A stretch of DNA of 63,696 nucleotides, the filler included. It is 14 parts of 14 records of this genome, joined end to end, with 100 filler letters (N's around TTAATTAATTAA, not from the genome) between each part and the next. Parts side by side here need not be neighbours in the genome. Positions count along the whole stretch, not along the records: positions 41,394 to 46,395 come from SRR15195285_5667; positions 46,496 to 50,322 come from SRR15195285_5672; positions 50,423 to 53,875 come from SRR15195285_5679; positions 53,976 to 57,037 come from SRR15195285_5682; 10 more parts are not named here. The stretch is one strand, 5' to 3'. The position numbers and the translations under genes were made by a program. This document shows positions 43,567 to 54,506 of this stretch, one piece after another; the stretch's first letter is position 1; the number at the start of each line of letters is the position of its first letter. The notes under the pieces are model-generated. The model was not told the DNA's origin. It saw nothing but the letters and a program-made list of their open reading frames with translations, and did not search any database.

Positions 43567-43771
43567 CTTATGGCCCTCGGTACCCGCGCGGGCCGACGGA
43601 CGGAGCCACGCAGCGCGCGCCGGCGCGGGCATATACGAGACGTACCGCGAGTGAAGTCTCACGCGTACGTGCTCGTGCGGGCGGCGCGCGCGCGCGTGCG
43701 GCGCGCGCGACGGGCGACGTGGCGGCTATCAGATTAGTTTGTACCGGTACATTATTTTGTGCCAAATCAAT

Positions 43772-46298
43772 TCAACCTAGCCATTGCTCGTGCCTCGCGA
43801 GAGATATGTTGAGACGAGCAAGCGTTTTGCTGGTTCCTTTCAGCTCCCCATCGACCCACACACACATTGCGTCAACCCCTTTAGTACACCCGTGCTTCGC
43901 GTACCGCGTGGCTGCTTTGTCGTATGCAATCGTGACATTCTTGCCGCGAAAGTACACGTTATCCAGTGCGAAGTAATCGATGGAAGCGTCCGCGAGTGGA
44001 GCAAGGTCTAGGAACTCCCCGAACATACTCGTACCCTCGATAGCACTCGCACTGGTAGTAGCCGTAGCAGTGCCACGGATACCAACGAGCCCAGAGATGA
44101 CGATGTCGATGAAGGAAGAGTGCATGTAGTCTTTGCCGCGATCTTTGTCGATGTTTGGCAAGATAGTCCCGTCGCAGTTTGGTACTAGCGTCGTGCTGCC
44201 CTTTGCAAAGCTGCAACATGGTGGGACGTACTGCCTGCCCCCGCACGTGCGCTCGAGCCCTGGACAGTTTGCAGTTGGACCTGATTTCGCAGTACAGCTG
44301 GCACGGATTGCTGCACACTTGGTACAGTTGAATAGCCCCGCCGCGCTGCTGCCGTCGAGATTCACGGATCCCCCCTTGTAAGCAATCTAATCATTTGCGA
44401 AACCCAGCAACGCGACACAGAAAAAGTGAGAAAGGTTATCAACATTGCATCGCAGACAATTGGACAGCGCGGTGAGTCCGAGTGCTCACGTTGTGCGCAA
44501 TCCATTGGCCATTGTCTGCGTCGATGTTCTCGCCGACCCATGGCACGCTTCCGTTGGTCGCATTACCATGCGTGTGGCTGTACGCGTACGTCCGAAGTAA
44601 CTTTGTGAAGTGCGTCGGCGTCATACCCGCCGCTGCGGTCTGGGCGGGGGGAAAATCGGAAATGAAATTCGCCAACCCAGTGAGGACGCGGGACGTCTCG
44701 TATGGCCAGGACGGCCCCGCCCAGTTACACTCAGCGCTGTCTTGTGACATGTTGAAACACACCGACCCCCGTTCGCTTGTCGTCGGGCCGAACTTGCCCC
44801 AAAACCCAGCGTGCGCATCGAACAGTGCGCTCCACATGGAGTCGTACTTAGTTGCTTTGCTGTCATCTGTGCGTGGAACAATTCCGAAATAATACGCTGG
44901 CCCGAGGCCGAGTAGTTCGCGGACAGACACTGCGGCACCACACTGCCATAGGCTCGTGGTCGTTGGAGGTGAGCTTCCTGGTTTCGTGTACTGGCGTGCG
45001 GCTACACACGCAGTTCTATTTTGTGGTGTGTGTGGCAACACAGGTGGTGCGCCCGCGCACACGCTGAAGTTCGCATAACGGCCGGGTGGTGACGGCATTT
45101 CTTTGATGCAGCAGCAAGAGGGGTCGCTCTCGCCTCGAATCATGGCGCTTGTGCACCCCCCACCCGCACGGCCGGTCAGTGTGACACCTTGCTTGTAAAC
45201 CCCAAGAAACTCTGACTCCTCGCTCCAGAGATGCTCCAAGTACCATTCGCGAATCCACGCCGCACGCTGCTCGAACCTAGTCGCGAGAGTGCCATTCCCG
45301 ACTATCCGTGCCACTGTTGCGATGGCGCGTGCGTCAGACCAGTACATGGCGCCGATCGTCGGTCGGCAACCGCCGCCACTAATGCTCCCCTCCATAGCAT
45401 CGTATCCGTCCGCAATCATGTAGCAATATGGCTCGGCTTGTTCAGGCAGGTCTAGGTCACCATGCTGACTCTGTGTGCGTGGCGGGGTGTCCAGGCACGC
45501 AGTGGAAGGTTTGTTGGCGCCCGCGTTTGCGACGAGGCAATCCACACGATGGTGGAGCGTGCCTTCTTCCCAGTATTGAACCATCGAGGGGAGCAGATCC
45601 CCAAGGGTCACAGCGGTGCCATCCAGCATCTCTCCCAGGCTCAAATCGCCCTTCACCTCTGCGCGTCGCACTGCGGCGGTAACGATCCAGTTGGAGTAGC
45701 TCGTCGTCGTCGCCCCGCCTGTCTCAGTCCCGTTGGCGAGATGGCCGTGCGTCGCCGCCAGCTGATCGTGTGCAATCGCACCGATCCAGAAGCGGATCAG
45801 GCCATCCATGAACCCAGGGTTGCGAAGCCACCGTCCCTCCATGATATGATGCCCCGCTGCGGCATTTATGTTGCCATAGGCCCCACCCCAGCAGGTGTAG
45901 CCGTCTGGTGACGTCGGCGAGCCATCCCCGAAACCTGTGCACTGCTCCGAGACGACGTGCTGGATGTCAGCCCATGCCGTCCGTAGCAAATGCGTCTTGT
46001 ACGCCTTTGCGCGGTAGTAATACGTCGCCTGCATGTCCACATCCGAGACCTCGAAAAGAGGCAGGTTGTCAGTTGCCCACTGAAAAGACGACTCGTTCAC
46101 CTCATTCGCGCCAGTGCCGTTCAAGTACGGTCCTGGCCACCCCTCGACAAAATTGCTGCGGAAGCTGGATGGTTCCAAGAGCAAGAACTCTGCAGAGGCA
46201 GGCACGAGGAAGATCCTGCACGGAGACTCTGCTGCCACGAGGAAGAGGAGGGGGGCGATGAAGGGTCGCGAGCGCGATGAGTGCTGTCGGTGGTCCAT
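43772..46298 (-). CDS. Secreted six-hairpin glycoside hydrolase (MGH1-like; GH63/GH121-related), 2 exons
   Basis: NLPLFEVSD..TYYYR, INAAAGHHIMEGRWLR, DAMEGSISG..RPT, CNWAGPSWPYETS and RGKDYMHSSFIDIVISGLVGIR. Intron 44387-44489. Confidence 0.82.
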
Positions 46299-47071
46299 CG
46301 CGCCAGCCCGGGGACGGATCCGGATCGCGCGCGCGCGGCGCCGGCCCACACGTACCGGGCGGCGACCCGCGCTCATCAGGCGCGCGCGCGTCAATNNNNN
46401 NNNNNNNNNNNNNNNNNNNNNNNNNNNNNNNNNNNNNNNTTAATTAATTAANNNNNNNNNNNNNNNNNNNNNNNNNNNNNNNNNNNNNNNNNNNNAAGCA
46501 GCGATTCGAGGTGATCATCGAAGAGGGGTGAACTGTATCTATCAGTGCATTTTACATGCTCCACCCGATTCCAACCCACCCTCTGATGTCCTCGCTCCTC
46601 CGGCTCTTGGTCTTGCGTCGTCAGGAGCGACCCTCGACACTCGAGACACTTGAGGCATGATCATGGGTGTTGCGTTTGGCTGGGAGCCATCGGGATTCTC
46701 GTTTGCGCCAGAGACGCGAGCGAATGTTTCATCCTTAACTTGGCGTACCGGAGCGGGAGAGCTCACTGAACAATTGAGCGGAGCCGTGTGGCCGCCTCGA
46801 GTCGCTGCTATTTTTGGGCGAGGAGGAGGGGTGGAGGGGACACACCGAAAGAAGAAAACATGTTTTTTTCGATCACCGACACTCGGCCGGCGCGTAAGCC
46901 TCGCTGCCGCGCGGCGCTCCGTCCGGCGTCTCCGATGCACTGTACACATCTGCACTTTGCATGATGCATGGAGGATATGTCCGTCGTTGTACAGTACTGT
47001 ACTGTAGAGTAGACTGAGACGCAAGGTGGCCTCGTGGACAGTCAACACCAATGTAGAGCGTTTGGATTTCG

Positions 47072-50035
47072 TCATTCGGCGCCCCTCGATGGCACATACT
47101 CCACATTGGCGCGCCGTGACACTTCATACTGCTCCTTGGTTTCGCCGACGATGGTGTCAAAGTCGGGGCGTCTAGCAGGTTCCTGATCCCAACACCGCTG
47201 AATGAGCGTGTTCAGGTAGTCTTTTTTCGGGTTGCCGTGTTTGTCGCGCTTGAGTTGCCACGTCGGCCGCTCTCCTCGCGTCACTTTGTACGGCACCTGA
47301 GTCGTATCAGTCCGCTCTTTCGGCCCCTGCCACGGCAAGTGCCGGTTCTGTAGCTCCACCATACACATAGCGAAGGAAAAGACGTCCACCTTCTCGTTGT
47401 AGTTCTCGCCCAGCAAGATCTCTGGTGCCATCCACAAAATTGATCCGCAGCCAGTCATCATACCTGTTCTCATTGCACGCCTTTGGGTATCGGGGGCCAT
47501 CTTCTTGTTTCGCGCAAGGCCGAAGTCGGCGATCTTGACCCAGACCTGCCCTTTCTCGCCTTGCCCGCTGTTGAAATCCGGCGGTGGGTGAAGCAGCAGC
47601 AAGTTCGGGCTCTTGAGATCGCGGTGTATCACTGGCATCGTGACGTTGGAAGAATTAACAAACGCCGTGTGCAGATACTCCATGCCGTTCGCGACATCCA
47701 ACGCTATCTTGAGCGCATCTTCGTTGGTCGGCTGCCACTTCTCAACGTATAGCTGGTGATCGAGCGACTTGCCACCCAGGTACTCCTGGACTACAATCGG
47801 GCAGACCTCGTGCGTCGCCCAGCCGAGCAGGCGCACCAAGTTCGGATGGTTCACTGCGCACATACGCCAGACCCGCACAGATGGTTTAGGCAGAGCACGT
47901 AAGCGACAGGCATGCGATCCACACGAACCGCCCAGATCGTCAACACGTGCATGTAATTACCCCCACTTACAGTCGCAGGAGACCTTCAGCTCTTTCAGGA
48001 ACTCGGTTCGCAACTCTTTCGCCTGCTGAACGAATGCCGCTTTTTCTCCGTCCGTGAGCCCATCGTGCTCCTCGGGAATCTTCAGCTCCTTTACCGCTAC
48101 CTCCTTTCCTTCCCATGTCGCGCGGTAGACCGTTCCGTACGAACCCTTCCCGATATTTTGGTCTCTCCAGTTCCTTGGCTGAAGATTCGAGATGTCTTTG
48201 TCGCGGAACAGGACCGGCGCCCGTCCCGAATGCTGACGTCTGAGCTTGCGTGAGATGGCGGGAAGGAGCGGAGGCGCACTATCCGGTGCTGGGTCGAGCA
48301 TCGAGTCAGGCACGTTAGCCGAGGTGTACCACGCCGCTTCTACGTTGCCCTCCAACAGCAGCGAGTCGGTACTGCGGGATTCGAACACGCTCGGACGATG
48401 TAAAAATGGTATCTGGTTCAATGTTTTCATCACCCAACGGCTGTTGCGCTCTTTAACGTAGCACCCGATGACCACACAGACCGAGAGAGCGCCCACAAGT
48501 AATGCACCGAGAACATCCCAGAGTGACCAGCCTTCTGTGACGTCACAATTATCGAATACGTCGCACGGCCATATCGCCGGGTACACAGCTTGTCCAGTGG
48601 CCCCGACGAAGACGGCAGGACCGACGAGAGTCGGCACATTGTCGTGGCCCTGGAACTGGGCGATGCCCATCTCAAATCCCTCGTTGAAGCCATCTGCTCG
48701 CAGCTTCATCGTGCCCCAGAATGTTTGGACACCAGAACGTTCGGACAAGTGCGCCGCCGCCATGCGCATTGTTTGGGCCTCACCAAGTTGGGCTTTGCTG
48801 AGGCCCCAGCCGTTGGGGCCCGTGAGTTCAGCCGCCATCTGAAGCAGCAGCATGGAAGCGAAAGCCTTTGCATGGTACGCATCCGGATCGCGCAGCGTGC
48901 GCGTCGATTTAAGCAGCCATGAGCGCGCATACTTAGCGAAATCGGCAGCACTCCCCATGTATCGATGGTCGCGGCTGTCTTTCCGGCTGCTGGCGCGGTC
49001 ACCGTAGGGATCAACAGGTTGTATAGCTGTCCAATTGTTGCAGCCGTGATACGGCATTTGCTCCGACCACGGAACAGTGCCCATCCATTGGTTGTACACA
49101 AAGCACTGGCTGCACCCCGTGGTCGTGTAGGATTGTTCGACCATGTGCGGTGAGGCCGCAAGGCCTTCCATGAAAACTGCCGCGTCGGGCGCGTACTTCT
49201 GACCTTTGAACTCTGCGAGCAGTGCCTCTAACATATCAAGGTCGCCAACCGCGAGGAACACATCTGGCTTTTTCTTCTCAACCTCGTTCGCAATCTCGTT
49301 GATCATCGAAACGCCGCTTCGCCACTCCCTACTCTCAAGCATTCTCGAGTCGCTGTACGAGTAGATTGCGGTGCGCAGAGCACTCGCTATGTCCTTGTAC
49401 TCGTCCCGTGCCTTCGCCACGATGGTGAATGTCCGGGCGCCGAGAGCGTACAGGAAATCGATGGCCGCGCCTCCTTTCTGAGTAGCGTTCCAACCCTCTA
49501 CGGACCACAGGTTCGTAGCGCCCTGCTGGAAGAGGCTTGCGCTAGTATCTGCTGCAATGAAGGGCTTCGTGCATCCCCCCTCGGCTTTGAGCTCCTTGAG
49601 CACATCTAATGCGACGTCGCTGGCAACCGGCGCAAGGAGAATATCTACGGTGTCGTCTTTGCACAATTGTTTGTAGTCATCCCCGAGGTGCTTTGGGTTC
49701 GCCGCATCTTGCATCCTCACCTCCACGTAGCCAATTTGCCCTTTCCCCAGGCGAAGGCCTCCCTGCGCGTTGGTAAAGTTCGCATACATGCGCAGGCCGT
49801 CTTCCCATAGCGGATTCTGCAGCGGCGTGCCCGGCGACCTCCTGCCTTCGACGGTGACGACCGAGCAGCTGGCGTTCTTCGACCAGTGCTGCTCAGGGAA
49901 CACGACTGAATGATTCGGGCAGCCACCCTGCCCCTGCGCCCGCGCTGCCGCGAGCACGAGCACCTGCAGCGCCACAAGCACTGTCCGCACCGCACCCTGG
50001 TTCGCGCTTGTATGACAGCCTGCAGCCCGGTCCAT
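47072..50035 (-). CDS. Receptor-like TKL protein kinase with type-I periplasmic-binding (Venus flytrap) ectodomain, at least 2 exons
   Basis: Signal peptide, LIV-BP-like ectodomain (NAQGGL..VDILLAP..TFWGTMKL), one TM, then GKGSYG, VAVK, HRDLKSPN, DFG and WMAPE. Intron 47854-47970. A further 3' exon near 46542-46810 is possible. Confidence 0.85.
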
Positions 50036-50485
50036 CGCTCGCACCGCCCTCTTCGTCGCTCGAGCGCCTGCACGGCTTGGACAAGGCTGCCGCCGTCGCC
50101 TCCTCGCGCGCGTAGCCGAGGGCGCAGAGCTTCTGCAGCGGCGACTCGGCCGGCGTCACCGCCCCTTCGGCCGCTCGGGCTGCGGCGGCGCAGAACACAT
50201 CGAGAGATCCACCTCCCCTCCTCCCGTCACTCAACCTCCTCACCCCCTCCCCTCCCTACAAACACCGACGAACCCCTCTCTCGCCTGTGCTATGGGACGG
50301 AAATCTTACACGGTAGCCATGGNNNNNNNNNNNNNNNNNNNNNNNNNNNNNNNNNNNNNNNNNNNNTTAATTAATTAANNNNNNNNNNNNNNNNNNNNNN
50401 NNNNNNNNNNNNNNNNNNNNNNAACGGCTGGGTAACGGCTGGGTAACGGCTGAGCTTGTGGGTTGCGTTCCGTTCCCACGTTCCA

Positions 50486-53322
50486 ATGGCCGACTTCGAG
50501 GTGAGCGCCATGGCCTCCTTCAGCTCGCAGGTCTCTTCGGCCTCCAAGCGCCACGCGGGGCAGTCCGCCGTTGCGCCGCCGGTCAAGATGGGACAGCGCA
50601 GGTGCGTCTATCCCACGTCTGCTATCGACTCCCTCCCTCACTCACTCCCTCTGTGTGTGGCTGTGTGGCTGTGTGGCTGTGTGGCTGTGTGACTGTGTGA
50701 CTGTGTGACGGTCTGTCTGCAGTGCGGCGCGCCATGATGTCTCCTCGCTGGGGAAGACGCTGGAGCAGCACGCGTCCGCGCTCGACCAGACGCTACAGGT
50801 GCGTGTCTGTGCAGGTTTTGTTTGTGAGGGGCGCTTGATGGGCTAGGTGTGTACGTACGTACGTCATGTGTCTCACTGAACCTTGGTGTGGGTGCAATGT
50901 GCAGGCGGTGACGGAGCTGCACGGCATGGCCAACTCTATCGTCCGTCGGCTCAACCACCAGGTCCCCGCGATTGTCGACGCGATCAACGACGTCGATCCG
51001 GACGTGTACGCGCCGCCACAAGTCGACCGCGCCACAGGGCTCATGGCCGCCGCCGATGCTGTCCTCGACAACCTCTCCTACTTACTGGAGTCCAGCGGTG
51101 CAGTGCTGTCCACCAGCGGCGCGTTCAAGCGAAAGTTTAAAGATGTCATGTCGCTGCGGACGCCTGAGTTTGGCTTGCAGGGCTTTACGTCGAGCTCGCC
51201 AGATATTGGCGGGCGCGGCTCAAGACAATCGGACCCGCCTCCCAAGATGTCCATCGGCATGACTCTGCCTCCGCTCGCAGGCGGGAGACATAGCCCCTCC
51301 ATGTCAAAGAGCTCTGATGCTCGGCTCGATGCGCTGCTCGGGCGCAATCCTGGGCGAAGGGCGCGGTCAACCAGCCCCACTCGCGGGCAGCGCAAGGCTC
51401 TGTCGTCGTCCGCCCTGGTGATGGGCGAAATCGCACAGGCAATCAGAGAGAAGCAGTGGTCCGTGGCGCTCGAGAAGCTTGCCACAGTAGAGCAGGTTGC
51501 GATTATGAACCGCCTTGAACCACCAGGAGAGTTCATCGAGCTGAGAGCAACAGCACATCGTGGAAATAGGGATTTCGAGGAGGCTGCGAGAGACTACTCA
51601 GTGATCATCGCAAAATCTCCGATGGATGTGGCGGCGTACACTGGTCGAGGGCTATGCTATTTGATGCACGGGCAGCCTACACAGGCGCTGCAGGAGTTCA
51701 AAAAGGCCGCGGGACTGTCCGATCCCCCTTCCGCACTGCTATTGCTACGGAAGGCACAGGCTGAGTACGAGACGCAACTGTTCGAGGACGCCATTCATAC
51801 TGCAGCGGCAGCACTCCACGCGTTGGAGCGCGAAGACGCTGACGCTTTGGCCGCAGAGCAGAGAGGCATGAAGTACCGCCGTCCTGGAGCCGGCACAGAC
51901 GATTTAGCGGGGGGGAACCTTGCAGCCGAGTGTCACGCTTGTCTAGGAATGGCCTTGATGAAGACCAGCTCGAAAGCAGCTGTCAGACGAGAGCAAGCCG
52001 AAGCAGAGTGTGCGCATGTGCTCCTCATCGAGCCGCATTATATCTCTCGTCGGTTCCAGACTGTCGAGCACCTGCCTAATAATGATCCTGAGTACATTGA
52101 AACAGTGGCTGAGCTCACCTTGATGTTTGGGTACTCGGCTGACGTAGTGGAGGCGAATGTCAGGTCGTTGCTGGAGCACGGTGGTGACCCGGCGGAGGTC
52201 TTAACAGCCCTCAGCGCAATTATAGATTGCAACGGTAGGGCGGCCGGAGAAGATTCTGTCGCCACAAGGCAAGCCGCTCGACAACGGCTGTGCTGGGCGC
52301 ACGGCGAGCGGCTTGCGCTAGCTGCGCGTTCCCCTGAGGTGCTCCATGATTCAATCAGTGGTCAGGATGCAGTCGTGACCACTGTACTAGACGATCGCGC
52401 CCGGGTGCTGGAGCTGCAAGATATACCTGGAGACGGCACGACGGCTGGTCTGAACGCACGGGCGCACCTCGCAGTTATCCTCTATGGCGCAGCCCGCGAG
52501 GCTGACGCACGCGTCGAGATGGATGCCATGGTTGCTGCTGTGACCGATGCTGACCGACCAACGGCTTTGGCCGCATTGCTTAGACTCGCCTCTTCATCAC
52601 AACCTGTTGGGAAGGCACTTTCCTACGCCGTCGCGCGTTTGGCATGGGCCCAGCGTGATGTAGCTCTGGCAGCAGAATGGTTCACAAAAGCGTGGGCGGC
52701 ACAGTATGATCTCTCATCACTGTCGGATCTGGGCAGCTGCTTTGCAGCGTGTCTGATTAAGAAACGCGAGGAGGTCGCGCCGCCTCCGGTGAAACCCCTC
52801 GGCGACGGCAGGCCAGAGACCCCGTCAGAACCGGAGCCAGAGCCGGATCCAGTCGGTCCACCGTCGTTGCTGGAGCTAGCGACAAGGGCAGAGTCAAAGC
52901 GCCTGTCGGACCCAGCGGCAACTGCAGCGGGGGTGGGTACGCTACTCGGTGCTGACCACCTCCACATGGGCGTGATCTTGGCTGATGCTGGCGGCGAAAT
53001 GCGCATCGGTGTTGGTGCACCTGCCGCTATGGAAGGAGCCGCCGCACATTTCCGCAAGGCAACAGCAAAGAGTGATTTACTTAAACACCAGCGAGCACAT
53101 GACCCGGTCGCGCTGACGCTACTTAGCAAAGCGATAGATGCCGACGGCAAGTTCAAGCTGGAATACGAGATTGAGGGAGGGCCCGCTTCATTACAGTTTC
53201 TGGCACTGGATGCCCTACATAAAGATGCGAAGGACACGTTGACAACAGATAGTTGCGGCGAAAAGTTCGTCAAGAAATGGGAGGGTCAGCCGTTTGTGCA
53301 GGCCGTCCACAAGAGTCGGTGA
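50486..53322 (+). CDS. TPR-containing protein, 3 exons
   Basis: TPR motifs (EAARDYSVII..P..AAYTGRGLCY..ALQEFKKA). Introns 50602-50722 and 50799-50904 keep frame. Confidence 0.75.
50651..50710. repeat. Intronic (GTGGCTGT/GTGACTGT)n octamer repeat
   Basis: Read directly from sequence. Confidence 0.85.
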
Positions 53323-53555
53323 GTGCACCTCCGCTCCACCACGGTGCCGCGTTGCCAGGAGCAATCTGTGAATTCTTTGACACATTCCACGCTCCCTAAT
53401 GAGTGCCTCGACTGTTTGCGCAGAGGCTAGCGGGCACCCAGCCGCACGAACTAGCACACCTATACATATCAGCATAAAGAATGTGCTCCGATCTGCCCGT
53501 GATTTTTTTTTCCTGCAACCCCACGTCAAGCAACAATCACATTCTATAGGTCTCT

Positions 53556-53875
53556 CTACCCTCTGCTTGGCGCCTCTGCTTGGCCCAGCTGATTTGCTGC
53601 GTGCTCCTCCGCCTCCGTTGCCTCCTCGACGGCGAACTCCAGTGTCAGCCTAGCATGCTTTCCCTTTGCCGCAAGTTTTCTCAGCATCGCGACCAGCCCC
53701 ACTTTCCCGCTCTTGCTTGCGAGTTGCCACCCAGTCATACCGGTATCAGAGGTGCGGAGGGTGTCGCAGCCAGCGGCCACCAAGAGCTTGACGCACTCCT
53801 CGTGCCCACCCGCGCATGCATGATGGTACGGCGTGTATCCACGCTGATCACCCTGGTCTAGAATCTTGCTGCCAC
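53556..53875 (-). CDS. Ankyrin-repeat protein, 3' fragment
   Basis: DQRGYTPYHHACAGGHEECVKLLVAAGCD..GMTGWQLA. Confidence 0.85.
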
Positions 53876-53975
53876 NNNNNNNNNNNNNNNNNNNNNNNNN
53901 NNNNNNNNNNNNNNNNNNNTTAATTAATTAANNNNNNNNNNNNNNNNNNNNNNNNNNNNNNNNNNNNNNNNNNNN

Positions 53976-54169
53976 AGCAGCAGCAGCAGCAGCAGCAGCC
54001 AGAAGCCGACACAGCTGGAGACGGGATCGACTGGAATGCTGTTGATTTGCAGCAGATGGACATGCTGGCATCAAAGCAAACACACGATCCACCGGCAGAC
54101 GACGACCCGTTCGCGAATATGGACGATAGTGCATTAGCTGCTCTTGAGCAAGGAGTATCCACCCAATAA
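53976..54169 (+). CDS. C-terminal fragment of an acidic poly-Q protein
   Basis: Open frame QQQQ..PEADTAGDGIDWNAVDL..DPFANMDDSALAALEQGVSTQ-stop. Confidence 0.5.
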
Positions 54170-54506
54170 TGCTCTAGGCAGTGCTCGACAAAAAGTGAAG
54201 TTATGGCTGGCTTTGCGGTAGGGGAAATCTGACCGCGCGGAAGATTTGATGCATGTCGTTGCAGCTGTAGCTTGTAGTTCATTGCAGGAACGTACGAATA
54301 CGAAGTGAATTTTGCCCGATTGCTACCGTCAGCATCTCCGCCATAAATTTCATCCGTATCCACCTGTGTACCATGCGAAAGATACCGCCGCTCGCCGCGC
54401 TGCAAGATGATAGCCACGACGGCCGGCAGATTGCCGTTAGGCAGTCTTGCTAGTGGCGCCGGTGCTGGCGCTGGATCTGCAAGCGAGTGCACAACGCACA
54501 CCTAGG

